DNA of 64,000 bases from Terracidiphilus sp. (GTDB lineage: Bacteria; Acidobacteriota; Terriglobia; Terriglobales; Acidobacteriaceae): the NCBI GenBank assembly GCA_050015115.1, contig JBEKCA010000002.1, positions 4,345 through 68,344 on the forward strand. The letters run 5' to 3'. Positions 52,771 through 63,559 of this stretch are shown piece by piece. Under the pieces are notes generated by a model, which was not told the DNA's origin, searched no databases, and saw only the letters and a list, made by a program, of their open reading frames with translations. How positions within the stretch are numbered: position 1 is the first letter of the stretch; the number at the start of each line of letters is the position of its first letter. A program made the translations under genes and the position numbers.

Positions 52771-54120
52771 ATGCACACTTTGGATCCCCAGGCTGTCGCG
52801 TCGGCGTTCGGATATTCGCAACTAGCGACCTGGGAATGGAATCCCTCCACGGATGAATTTCGCTGGACCGCGGGGCAAGCCGAGGTCTACGCATATTCCG
52901 CAAGCGAGATCAACTCCATTGCCGCATGGTTCGCGATTGTCCATCCCGATGACCGCGAAAGGGTGCGGCTGGCGACTGAAACCTCCATTCAATCCATCCC
53001 CGGCTTTCGCGAACACTTCCGCATCTTTACCAAAGATGGCAAAATACTCTGGATTCTCGGATACGGGCAGCTTGTTCGTCTGCCCGACCAATCGGTCCGA
53101 ATGCTGGGAATGAATATGGAGGTGACCGACTGGGTTGAAGCGCTGGCGGCAAGCGAGACCCGGTTCAGCGCCACCTTCGAGCAGGCGGCCGTCGGAATCT
53201 CCCATGTCAGTGCCGATGGCGATTGGCTGAACGTCAACCGCCGATGCTGCGAGATTGTCGGATACTCCAAAGAAGAATTGCTCAAGCTGAACTTCTCTGA
53301 GCTTACGCATCCTGCAGATCTCCATCTGGACCGGACAATGATTCAAGAGCTGCGGGATGGCCTGCGTTCCAGCTACTCAGTAGAAAAGCGCTTCTACACC
53401 AAGGGCAAGCGAATCATCTGGGCCAATTTAACCGTTTCCCTGGTGCGCAAGAGCGATGGAAGCCCCGACTACTTCATCTCGGTGATTGAAGACATCACCA
53501 CCCGCAAGCGCATCAAGGCGCAGCGGGATGAAATGATCGAGATCCTGGAGGAGCGCGTCCGCGAGCGAACTGCGGAACTGGAAAAGCTTTCCATGACCGA
53601 TGCGCTCACCGATGTCGCCAATCGCCGCCGCCTCGACGAGCAGTTAGTGCTGGAATGGGATCGCGCCGTGCGCGGAAATAAGCCCATCTCGATCGTGATC
53701 ATCGACATCGATCACTTCAAGGAGCTCAACGATACTCTCGGCCATGGGCCGGCGGACTGCGCGCTCGTCACCTTTGCCGCCGAGTTGAAGCGGGTTGCCC
53801 GGCGTCCTGCCGATCTGGTCGCCCGCTATGGCGGTGACGAATTTGTCCTGGTGCTACCGGAGACGGGTCCCGAGGGAGCCATGGTGATCGCGCAGCAGAT
53901 TCAGATGGCGGTTGAATGCCTCGAACTCCCCAACCCAGGCTCGCCCATCTCCGGCAAAATGACCATCAGTCAGGGAGTCGCAACCGCATGGCCGGCAAAG
54001 AAGGGAAGCGGCGGTGATCTGATGCTTCACGCCGACCGCGCCCTTTACACAGCCAAGCAGGCGGGAAAGAATCGCTTCTCCTGGACAGCCTGCTCCGAGA
54101 CGCCCGTCGAAGGCAATTGA
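52771..54120 (+). CDS. PAS-PAS-GGDEF diguanylate cyclase
   Basis: Two PAS domains; TDALTDVANRR, DIDHFK..ND..GH, RPADLVARYGGDEF (RxxD I-site). Confidence 0.92.
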   Translation: MHTLDPQAVASAFGYSQLATWEWNPSTDEFRWTAGQAEVYAYSASEINSIAAWFAIVHPDDRERVRLATETSIQSIPGFREHFRIFTKDGKILWILGYGQLVRLPDQSVRMLGMNMEVTDWVEALAASETRFSATFEQAAVGISHVSADGDWLNVNRRCCEIVGYSKEELLKLNFSELTHPADLHLDRTMIQELRDGLRSSYSVEKRFYTKGKRIIWANLTVSLVRKSDGSPDYFISVIEDITTRKRIKAQRDEMIEILEERVRERTAELEKLSMTDALTDVANRRRLDEQLVLEWDRAVRGNKPISIVIIDIDHFKELNDTLGHGPADCALVTFAAELKRVARRPADLVARYGGDEFVLVLPETGPEGAMVIAQQIQMAVECLELPNPGSPISGKMTISQGVATAWPAKKGSGGDLMLHADRALYTAKQAGKNRFSWTACSETPVEGN

Positions 54121-54201
54121 CTGAGACAACAGTGTGCTGGCAGACCGCGTCGCAGACGAGCAAGCCTCCCATCGTTTACCCTCAAATGAGTTCCCTTGCC
54201 G

Positions 54202-55782
54202 ATGACGACAGCCGCCGCCCAAGCCCGCTATCCGCTGACCCAGGGCGTGAATCCGTGGCTGGTCACAGTCTCGGTCATGCTGCCCACCTTCATGGAGGTG
54301 CTCGACACGGCCATCGCCTCGGTGGCTCTGCCCTATATCGCCGGTTCGCTCTCCGCATCGAACTCCGAGGCCACCTGGGTGCTGACCAGCTACCTGGTGG
54401 CCAACGCCGTCATCCTGCCCGCTTCCAACTGGTTTGCCCGCCGCTTTGGCCGCAAGCGCTTTCTGCTCACATGCGTAATCATCTTCACCATCGCCTCCTT
54501 TTTCTGCGGAGCCGCGCCCTCCCTGGCCGTCATTCTGCTGGCCCGCGTAATGCAAGGGGCCGGAGGAGGCGCGCTGCAGCCGCTCTCGCAGTCGATCCTG
54601 CTGGAGAGTTTTCCCGTCGAAAAGCGCTCCATGTCGATGGCAGCTTATGGCCTGGGCATCGTGGTGGCTCCAGTGCTCGGGCCCACGCTTGGCGGCTGGC
54701 TCACCGATACATTTAGCTGGCGCTACGCCTTTTACATCAATATTCCCGTTGGCATCCTCGCGGTGATTCTCATCAGCCGCTTCGTCCACGATCCGCCCTA
54801 CATCAAAAACGCCAAGGTCGGCCCCTTCGACAACATCGGCTTTGGACTGCTGATGGTCTGGACCGGCGCTTTGCAAATCGTCCTCGACAAAGGGCAGGAG
54901 GATGACTGGTTCGGCGCAATCTGGGTTCGCTGGGCGGTCGCCGCGCTGGTCGTCGCACTCATCGGCTGGATCTGGCGCTCATGGACCAATCGGAAAGGCC
55001 TGCTCGATCTGCACGTCCTCAAAGATCGCAACTTCCGGACCGGATGCTTTCTGATCGCGATGCTGGGCATGGCTATCTACATCACCATCGCCATCCTGCC
55101 CCTCTACTATCAGGAGATCCTAGGCTATACGGCCTTCACTGCCGGCCTTGTTGTAGGCCCGCGCGGCATCGGCTCGTTCATCGGCTCACCGGTCATCGGC
55201 ATCCTGGGCTCGCGCATCGACCAGCGCAAACTGCTCTGCGCAGGATTCGCCGGCTTTGGCATCTGCGCGCTTTTTTTCGGCATGGTCAATCTCGACATCG
55301 GCCCCTACACGCTGCTGATCCCTATCACCCTCACCGGCTTTGCGCTGAGCTTCGTCTTCGTTCCGCTGGCAACGATGGCCACCTCGACCATCCCCCGTGA
55401 AGAGATGGGCAACGCCACAGGGCTCTTCAACATGCTGAGGAACATCGGCGGTTCGATTGGAATCTCGATGGCCACCACAGCGCTGATTCGCCGCGCCGCT
55501 CTGCACCAGACCGAACTCGGAGCCAACCTCGACCCGTCGAACATGGTCTTGCAGCAAAAATCGCACGCCATCGCCGGCTATCTCGGCCATCACATCGGCC
55601 CCAATGCCGGCGGCCCCGGCTCACTGGGCCTGATGTACGGATTGATGCAACAGCAATCGGCGCTGATGGCCTATGTGGATGTCTTCCGCTGGACAGCGCT
55701 CCTAGCCTTCTTCTGCGCCGCAGCCGCATGGCTCTTCAAAAAGCCCGCCAAAAACGCCGCCCCGCCCCCCGGCGTGCATTGA
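54202..55782 (+). CDS. DHA2 (EmrB/QacA) MFS efflux permease
   Basis: MEVLDTAI..VALP, WVLTSYLVAN, ARVMQGAGGG, APVLGPTLGG, RNIGGSIG. Confidence 0.93.
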   Translation: MTTAAAQARYPLTQGVNPWLVTVSVMLPTFMEVLDTAIASVALPYIAGSLSASNSEATWVLTSYLVANAVILPASNWFARRFGRKRFLLTCVIIFTIASFFCGAAPSLAVILLARVMQGAGGGALQPLSQSILLESFPVEKRSMSMAAYGLGIVVAPVLGPTLGGWLTDTFSWRYAFYINIPVGILAVILISRFVHDPPYIKNAKVGPFDNIGFGLLMVWTGALQIVLDKGQEDDWFGAIWVRWAVAALVVALIGWIWRSWTNRKGLLDLHVLKDRNFRTGCFLIAMLGMAIYITIAILPLYYQEILGYTAFTAGLVVGPRGIGSFIGSPVIGILGSRIDQRKLLCAGFAGFGICALFFGMVNLDIGPYTLLIPITLTGFALSFVFVPLATMATSTIPREEMGNATGLFNMLRNIGGSIGISMATTALIRRAALHQTELGANLDPSNMVLQQKSHAIAGYLGHHIGPNAGGPGSLGLMYGLMQQQSALMAYVDVFRWTALLAFFCAAAAWLFKKPAKNAAPPPGVH

Positions 55783-55806
55783 GCTTCGGCGCTATACTTG
55801 CTTGCT

Positions 55807-57048
55807 ATGCGAATCCTTGCAGCTTTTGTTGTCTCGTCCTTGTTCCTCGTTCCGTTTTTGCGGGCCGAGCAACCCTGCTCGCAAGCAGCATTGCAGGCAA
55901 TAGCGCATCGTGCAACGGCCGTCCGGGTCACGTTACTCGCAATCAAACCGGAAGGCGATGGTCTAGAGCCCGAACTTCGACAGCAAATCCAAAAACTGAA
56001 AGACAAGTTGGCGGCGACGACGGATGCATCCATCCACTGCGCCACGGCTGCGATCACCGCCGAGAAACTTCAGAACGAATTGCAATCCCTTCTTAACGCG
56101 AATAAGACACCGAAGAAGCCACAGTGGCAGGATGTTTCAAATGCTGTCGACGACGATGCCTACGGAGCAGACCTGAACGTCAAAGTCTCAAGAGCCGGAG
56201 ATAAAACGAATTTGATTCTGATCGTGTTCAATTTTGGCATTGCCTGTGGCGACGACTCCATGCTGCTCGGTTATGAATGGAAGCAGGAGAAGTGGATACG
56301 GGTATTGCGCTGGCAGAGCGCCCCTGACCGGACTCCCAATGCCTTCGGCGACTTCTTTGAATATCGTGTCGTGCAGCAACAGAATTCAGCAAACTGGCTG
56401 GTTGGCGTTGCGCACGGCCATCCAATGTGCACTTCTAACTTCGGCGGATTTGATCTTGACTTCATCCAGCCTGCTCGAATCGACACTGCGCAAAAGGTTC
56501 TGCTGCACAAGGAAGAGACCTATTGGCGCGACGATCCCGTAGAAATGAGGCTGACTCCTGACGGACTCGAACTTCGGGTTTCGGCTTACAGCCGTGACAT
56601 TAACATCATCCGTCGCACCGGGATCTACCATTATCGCATCTCTGGAGATCAGATCGATCGCGTTCAACCCATCGCAATCAATGGCCGCGACTTTGTCGAC
56701 GAGTGGCTCAACTCCCCGTGGAATGAATCGAAGAACTGGAATTCACCGTCACAGTTGGCCGGCCTTGAGGCAACGCACAAGAAGATCGAAGACTTCGACA
56801 AGTACATCGAGAACGCCAAAGAAACACCGCACCTCACCTACGGCCCAGTCCGGTCCTGCTCCGATTCCGCATCCCATTTCCAAGTTGAGCTGGATAAAGG
56901 ATGGTGGGTCGAAGGGGAAAAGAACCAGCGCCCCGACACTCCCACCTTCTTCCAGATTCAGGAAGGCAAGAACTCCTTCACCATGCTCTCCGCCTCAGAC
57001 AAGCCCGACCCGCATTGCACCGGCCACGACATCATGCCCAAGCAATGA
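55807..57048 (+). CDS. Hypothetical exported protein
   Basis: Signal peptide, 413 aa, several Cys; no family recognised. Confidence 0.7.
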   Translation: MRILAAFVVSSLFLVPFLRAEQPCSQAALQAIAHRATAVRVTLLAIKPEGDGLEPELRQQIQKLKDKLAATTDASIHCATAAITAEKLQNELQSLLNANKTPKKPQWQDVSNAVDDDAYGADLNVKVSRAGDKTNLILIVFNFGIACGDDSMLLGYEWKQEKWIRVLRWQSAPDRTPNAFGDFFEYRVVQQQNSANWLVGVAHGHPMCTSNFGGFDLDFIQPARIDTAQKVLLHKEETYWRDDPVEMRLTPDGLELRVSAYSRDINIIRRTGIYHYRISGDQIDRVQPIAINGRDFVDEWLNSPWNESKNWNSPSQLAGLEATHKKIEDFDKYIENAKETPHLTYGPVRSCSDSASHFQVELDKGWWVEGEKNQRPDTPTFFQIQEGKNSFTMLSASDKPDPHCTGHDIMPKQ

Positions 57049-57090
57049 CCGGACTTTTTAGGGGTTTTCCGCAATAGTTTGCGGTTCGCC

Positions 57091-57726
57091 TTACGCCGCC
57101 AGCGGCAAAAACCGCCTCATTCCCTCGTCGTACCGTTCGATGCGCCCGGTCAGAATGTCGTAGTACCAGCCGTGCACGGCGAGCCGACCTTCCATCACTG
57201 CCCGCGCCACCGAGGGCTGGGCGCGCAGATTGAGCATTTGCGCCACCACATTCCCGCGAATCAGCGAGGCCAACTCGGCGTGCTCGCCGTCTTGCGGGTT
57301 CTGGGGCTGGCGATGGCTAAAGGCTCCCTCGACGTGGCTCAGCCAGCGGCGCGCCTTGGGCATGTTTTCGAGATCCTTGGGGCAAAGCGCCGCCTTCATT
57401 GCGCCGCAATCGGAGTGCCCGCAAAGGATGGCATGCTTCACCTTCAGCACCTCGATGGCGTACTCGATAGTCGCCGTAACCCCATCCACATCCGTACCGC
57501 CCATAGGCACCACGTTGCCTGCGTTGCGCGTGATAAACAGGTCGCCCGGCTGCGTCTGCAAGATCAGGTCCGGCACCACACGCGAGTCCGAACACGTGAT
57601 GAAAAGCGTCTCCGGCGCCTGCGTCTCCGCCAGCAGATGAAACGTATCCCGCTTGCCCGGAAAAACCTTTGCGAGAAAACATTGATATCCCTCAACCAAC
57701 TTATCCAAACGCTCTTGCTGCTCCAT
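57091..57726 (-). CDS. Beta-class carbonic anhydrase
   Basis: FITCSDSRV, RNAGNVV, CGHSDCGAM, HGWYYDI. Confidence 0.95.
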   Translation of the reverse strand: MEQQERLDKLVEGYQCFLAKVFPGKRDTFHLLAETQAPETLFITCSDSRVVPDLILQTQPGDLFITRNAGNVVPMGGTDVDGVTATIEYAIEVLKVKHAILCGHSDCGAMKAALCPKDLENMPKARRWLSHVEGAFSHRQPQNPQDGEHAELASLIRGNVVAQMLNLRAQPSVARAVMEGRLAVHGWYYDILTGRIERYDEGMRRFLPLAA

Positions 57727-57817
57727 TGTCGTTTCGCTCCCTCGGTCGGTATTTCGCGCCAATCAGCACCAGCCTACCTCATCGCCCCTCCAGATCAGTA
57801 CTGCTACGTCAAGCTCC

Positions 57818-57900
57818 GTGCCCCATCCGTTCGCCTTGCCGGGGTCCCCGCGGACAGGTCTTTGTCCGTGGGGTGGTCGGGCGAATAGGTGGGAGACCAC
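57818..57900. repeat. REP-like palindrome with a second hairpin nested in its loop
   Basis: GTGCCCCATCC...GGTGGGAGACCAC arms (cf. 48161-48205) enclosing CCCCGCGGACA-ggtctt-TGTCCGTGGGG. Confidence 0.75.
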
Positions 57901-57964
57901 GAACCTCGAGGCGCGCAAGCGCCGTCAGCCGTCCGCAGGACCGCGATACACTTGAAGTTGACCT

Positions 57965-59359
<1,395 letters not shown>

Positions 59360-59441
59360 AAAACGTGTCGTCTGGTAGAAATTGGACCACGAGTCAGTGC
59401 GTTCCCATTGAGTGTTCGAGGATGATCGCATTACCATAACT

Positions 59442-59487
59442 CTGTCATCCTGAGCGGAGCGCAGCGAAGTCGAAGGACCTGCGGTTG
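59442..59487 (+). repeat. REP-like element of the TGTCATCCTGAGCG...GAAGGAC family
   Basis: CTGTCATCCTGAGCGGAGCGCAGCGAAGTCGAAGGACCTGC; recognised as a widespread dispersed repeat, single copy here. Confidence 0.65.
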
Positions 59488-59516
59488 TCCTAGGGATGAA
59501 ACGCAAGGAGGACGTG

Positions 59517-60803
59517 ATGCGTAAGTTGACGGTAAGGAACTTCTCGGTCATCAAAGAAGCCGAGCTAGACTTCGGCAAGATCACCGTCCTCATCGGGCCT
59601 CAATCAAGCGGCAAGAGCCTACTTTGCAAGTTGGCATTCTTTTTTCAACAAGTTGTAGAGGAACAGGCAGGGGAGGCGATCAAAGCCTCGGAAGAGTTCG
59701 AAAAGTTTCGAAACCGCTTAAATGACGTGTTCTTTAATTGGTTCGGATATGATTCAACCTCTACCCAAACCTCAAAAGTCGATTATTGCGCTGGATCGTA
59801 TAAGGTATCGCTCACGCTGGAACGGCGAGGTCAGCCAGGAGGCGCGAGAATTCAGTGGGACTTCTCGCCTGAGATAGAAGAATCCTACAAACAGGTCTGG
59901 GAAGAGCTCAGTTCAGAGAAGCAACGGCGCGAAAGCCTGCCCAATCCCAAGTACTTTGCAGAGGAAATACGCGGTCGACTATCAGCCTTGAGGGGAGAAG
60001 GCGCGCCTGAGATTTATTCATATATTCCTTCTACGCGATCGTTTTTCCTAACTATGCACCGAGCAATATACGGCACGGCAGGAAGACAAGACGACATCCA
60101 AATCCGATTCTCGCAAGATTTCAATTACGGGTTCGAGAGCAGCGTACCAGAGGTGGGACTGAACCACCCATTAACTCAATGGATCAACAAAGAAAGTGAA
60201 CGCATTCTGCAAGGGAAGATCGTCGGGAAGGGATCGGATTTTCAATTCAAATCGAGTGATGGAGGCACCCTTTCTCTATCAGTGCTTTCTTCAGGGACAC
60301 AAGAACTGCTTCCGCTAATTACTTGTCTCCGAGAATATGTCGCCGCCTCAGCAGCGGTAGCAACGACCCTAAATCTTCAAAGAGCGATACATAAGCGTTT
60401 GTTTTTCCTTGAGGAACCCGAATCAAACGTCTTCCCTTCCACTCAGTACGAGCTTGTGCGCATCTTTGCACGTATGGCGAACGAGCCGGCGCTTGATGCT
60501 CATTGGGTCATCACCACCCACAGCCCCTACATCCTGACCGCTTTCAATAACCTCATCGAAGCGGGCCAAGCTGCTCGCAACAACCCCGCTCTGCACGATG
60601 AAGTGGCCAAGATCATTCCCGAGCAGTACTGGATCAAGGAAGGCGACTTCAAAGCCTACGCAATCGAAGACGGCAAGCTGAGATCCATCTTGAACGAGAG
60701 CGGATTCATTGAAGGCAACTATCTCGACCAGGTCTCTGAAGTGATCGGGAACGAGTTCGATAAGCTTCTGAGGCTTGAATATGAGCACACAAAGGCCTCC
60801 TAG
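59517..60803 (+). CDS. ABC-type (AAA_15/AAA_21-like) ATPase
   Basis: AAGGAGG RBS; L.VRNF..I, Walker A GPQSSGKS, signature LSSGTQE, Walker B FFLEEPE, H-loop ITTHSPY; no TM segment. Confidence 0.9.
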   Translation: MRKLTVRNFSVIKEAELDFGKITVLIGPQSSGKSLLCKLAFFFQQVVEEQAGEAIKASEEFEKFRNRLNDVFFNWFGYDSTSTQTSKVDYCAGSYKVSLTLERRGQPGGARIQWDFSPEIEESYKQVWEELSSEKQRRESLPNPKYFAEEIRGRLSALRGEGAPEIYSYIPSTRSFFLTMHRAIYGTAGRQDDIQIRFSQDFNYGFESSVPEVGLNHPLTQWINKESERILQGKIVGKGSDFQFKSSDGGTLSLSVLSSGTQELLPLITCLREYVAASAAVATTLNLQRAIHKRLFFLEEPESNVFPSTQYELVRIFARMANEPALDAHWVITTHSPYILTAFNNLIEAGQAARNNPALHDEVAKIIPEQYWIKEGDFKAYAIEDGKLRSILNESGFIEGNYLDQVSEVIGNEFDKLLRLEYEHTKAS

Positions 60804-61302
60804 CCAGGCTGGCTGCGCCTGGGTCGAAGAGTGCATCGAGATGTGCACCGGGCACACGGTCTATGTCGAAGACGACGGCGTGCGGGCGACCTTTCTTAAT
60901 CCAAGGGGCAGGAAGATTCGCAAGGTCCACTACGACGGCTGTTACGCTGCGAAGAAGGGCCGGCAAGCGGATTTTATCCTGGGATTGCCCAGGGTCGTCG
61001 ATGTCATTATCGAGTTGAAAGGGTCGGACACGAATCTCAAGGATGCAGCCTCGCAGATCGAAAGCTCGCTCGAATCCTGGAAGCGGGACCCAAAGAGACA
61101 TGCGACGATCGCAGCGTTGATCATCTACGGACGCATCGAAGGAAAGAAGAAACTGCCCGGCAGAGTCCCACGCACTGCTGCGGTGATTTTGGGATTGACC
61201 GCTGAATTCCTAAAGGTGCGTGGGATTCGGCTCCTAATCCACGAAAATGGAGAGCGGCAGTTCACCTTCAATGACTTTCTCCGGAAGAACAATGCCGAAT
61301 AG
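60781..61302 (+). CDS. Hypothetical protein, PD-(D/E)xK nuclease-like
   Basis: DGC...ADFIL.......IIELKG...A..QI motif; overlaps the ATPase stop by 23 bp. Confidence 0.65.
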   Translation: MSTQRPPSQAGCAWVEECIEMCTGHTVYVEDDGVRATFLNPRGRKIRKVHYDGCYAAKKGRQADFILGLPRVVDVIIELKGSDTNLKDAASQIESSLESWKRDPKRHATIAALIIYGRIEGKKKLPGRVPRTAAVILGLTAEFLKVRGIRLLIHENGERQFTFNDFLRKNNAE

Positions 61303-61942
61303 CCTGCAAGACCAACTCGACGAGATCACTGCTAACACCCGCCACTTGGTGCAGGCGGAGCGGCTGGCCGTCAGCGAACGGGCGGTCGAGGAGTTATTCG
61401 CGACCGGCATCGAAGAGCGCATTCTGCCCGTTGGCGCACTGGCCCCTGAGTTTGAGTTATACGACGGTGCCGGGCGACTGGTGCGCTCTCAAGACATGCT
61501 CGCTCTCGGCCCACTGATCATCAAGTTCTTTCGCGGGCGTTGGTGCCCCTATTGCGTCACCGAGTTAGAGACCTGGCGCGACCTCTACGGCAAGCTGCGC
61601 GAGCAGAATGCACTGATGGTGGCCATCGGCCCGCAGACTGAGCGGCAGAGCGACTTCATGGCCGGCCAGCATGGGCTTCCCTTCCCTCTGCTCTCCGATC
61701 CCGCCTGCGAACTGGCTGAGAAGTTCGGCCTGGCCTACACCGTCCCAGAAAATCTGCGCGAACACTACCTCTCCATCCTCATCAACATTCCCTTCGTGAA
61801 TGGAGAATCGAGCTGGCGGCTTCCGCTGCCCGCGACTTACGTGATCGACCGCGCCGGGCGCGTGCTCTTCGCCGAAGCTTACGCCGACTTCCGAGTCCGC
61901 CCCGAGCCGGAAGAAGCGCTGCGTGCGCTTCACCCCCGATGA
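61292..61942 (+). CDS. Peroxiredoxin-like (AhpC/TSA) protein
   Basis: APEFEL, FFRGRWCPYC, FPLLSD, LPLPATYVID. Confidence 0.9.
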   Translation: MPNSLQDQLDEITANTRHLVQAERLAVSERAVEELFATGIEERILPVGALAPEFELYDGAGRLVRSQDMLALGPLIIKFFRGRWCPYCVTELETWRDLYGKLREQNALMVAIGPQTERQSDFMAGQHGLPFPLLSDPACELAEKFGLAYTVPENLREHYLSILINIPFVNGESSWRLPLPATYVIDRAGRVLFAEAYADFRVRPEPEEALRALHPR

Positions 61943-61969
61943 ACCGGGCTTAGTTTTGTTCATTTCGCA

Positions 61970-62062
61970 GCGCCCGTCCGGGGCGCCTGACCTTACCGCA
62001 CTGCATCCCAGGGCTGCGTTACGCTTGCCCTGGGCTATTTTCGCTACCTCCCGCCGGGAGGC
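61970..62062. repeat. REP-like multi-hairpin element between convergent genes
   Basis: GCGCCCGTCCGGGGCGC, CCCAGGGC-...-GCCCTGGG and CCTCCCGCCGGGAGG hairpins. Confidence 0.7.
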
Positions 62063-62152
62063 GATGCCGAAGCCAGATGTTCTTTTGTCTTGCCGAAGCC
62101 AGTTCGGGAACAAGAAACATTCATGCGCTTGCCCTGGCCAGGAGATATGAAT

Positions 62153-62446
62153 TTAGTGCGCGAAAAGGCGTTCAGCATCCTGAAGCTTGAGGCCGCGGAG
62201 CAGGAAGACCTTGCTTCGATTGAGTTCGCCGGAGAGGATCTCGACGTGATTGCGTGGAAGGCCGAAAAACTCGGCGAGAAAGGCGATCAAAGCCGAGTTA
62301 GCGCGGCCTTCCAGCGGTGGCGCATGAACCGCGATCTTCAGTTGCGCCGCAGCGCCTTCGCCATAAACTCCGGTAATTGCCGTCTTCTTCGCGCCGGGCT
62401 GAGCGCGCACGGCCAATGTAACGCCCTCCGCAGTCGAGCGCAGCAT
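62153..62446 (-). CDS. yggU: DUF167 (YggU/UPF0235) protein
   Basis: VRAQPGAK, LKIAVHAPPLEGRAN, GELNRSK; coupled to yggS. Confidence 0.88.
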   Translation of the reverse strand: MLRSTAEGVTLAVRAQPGAKKTAITGVYGEGAAAQLKIAVHAPPLEGRANSALIAFLAEFFGLPRNHVEILSGELNRSKVFLLRGLKLQDAERLFAH

Positions 62447-63177
62447 CAGACCCGCTCTGTCGCCGCATTGCGCGCACCAAACAGCGCCGTGCCGACGCGG
62501 ATGCGCGTTGCGCCCTCTTCAATAGCCAGCGCGAAGTCGCCGCTCATGCCCATCGAGAGCACGCCAAGCTGCAATCGTGGATGCGCCGCAGCCCAGCGAT
62601 CGCGCCACTCTCTCAGGCTGCGAAAACAGGTGCGTGTTTCAGCTTCAGAAACGTCAAATGGCGCGATCGTCATCAGTCCGCGAAGCTGCAAGTTACCTAA
62701 CTCCGGAAGCCGCTCCAATAACTGCGCAGCCTCGGATGAGTCAGGGGCCAGCCCTGCTTTGGTCTCCTCGGGGCTGAGCTTAACCTCGATCAAAACCCGC
62801 AGCCGCCTGCCAAGTTTGCCCGCTGCCTCATTGACCCGCTCGGCCAACCGCAGCGAGTCCAGCGAGTCGATGCCGTCAAAGAGTTCCACGGCACGTTGCG
62901 CTTTATTCGATTGCAGATGACCGATCAGATGCACGCGTATGGGATCATCGGTACCGTTGCGCAGCGAGCCGAGTTCAGGCGCCTTGCCTGCAAACTCCTG
63001 CACGCGGTTCTCGCCAATGAGCCTGACGCCGAGCGATGCGGCTTCGGCTATCACCGCCGCCGGGCAGGTCTTTGTTACAGCCATCAGCTCGACCTCCGCG
63101 CGCGAGCGGCCCGCTCGCCGGCAGGCCTGCACTATCTCTTCTTCCACCCGTTCGAAATTTTCTTTGAGCGCCTTCAT
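62446..63177 (-). CDS. yggS: Pyridoxal phosphate homeostasis protein (YggS/PLPBP)
   Basis: LMAVTK, GENRVQE, HLIGHLQSNK, GLMTI, LSMGMSGDF..AIEEGAT.IRVGTALFG. Confidence 0.95.
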   Translation of the reverse strand: MKALKENFERVEEEIVQACRRAGRSRAEVELMAVTKTCPAAVIAEAASLGVRLIGENRVQEFAGKAPELGSLRNGTDDPIRVHLIGHLQSNKAQRAVELFDGIDSLDSLRLAERVNEAAGKLGRRLRVLIEVKLSPEETKAGLAPDSSEAAQLLERLPELGNLQLRGLMTIAPFDVSEAETRTCFRSLREWRDRWAAAHPRLQLGVLSMGMSGDFALAIEEGATRIRVGTALFGARNAATERV

Positions 63178-63225
63178 CGTGCTTCCGGCCGAACCCCGGC
63201 CGCTGCTGGCGCATCCAAATTGACT

Positions 63226-63555
63226 ATGTGGACCATCGTCCTGCTCATCTTCTCCAACATTTTCATGACCTTTGCCTGGTACGGCCACCTGAAGTTTCGC
63301 CAGGAGGCCCTGTGGAAGGTCATCCTCGTCAGTTGGTCGATCGCTTTGCTTGAATACTGCTTTCAAGTGCCGGCCAACCGCATCGGCGCCGCCCGCTTCT
63401 CACTCGTCCAGCTCAAAGTGATCCAGGAAATCATCACGCTGGTGGTCTTCGGCGTCTTCGTCACTTACTATTTCGGTCAGCATCTGCGCTGGAATCACGC
63501 CGCAGCCGGTGTCTGCCTGGTGGCTGCGGCCTTCTTCGTCTTCCACTCGCGGTAG
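63226..63555 (+). CDS. DMT-family small membrane protein (DUF486-like)
   Basis: SNIFMTFAWYGHLK, EYCFQVPANRIG, QLKVIQEIITL. Confidence 0.9.
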   Translation: MWTIVLLIFSNIFMTFAWYGHLKFRQEALWKVILVSWSIALLEYCFQVPANRIGAARFSLVQLKVIQEIITLVVFGVFVTYYFGQHLRWNHAAAGVCLVAAAFFVFHSR

Positions 63556-63559
63556 CGAA

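Noticed and set aside
57727-57964. Possible SRP RNA or riboswitch upstream of ffh
   Set aside because: The hairpins match a dispersed REP-like family seen at 48161; no SRP domain IV motif recognised.
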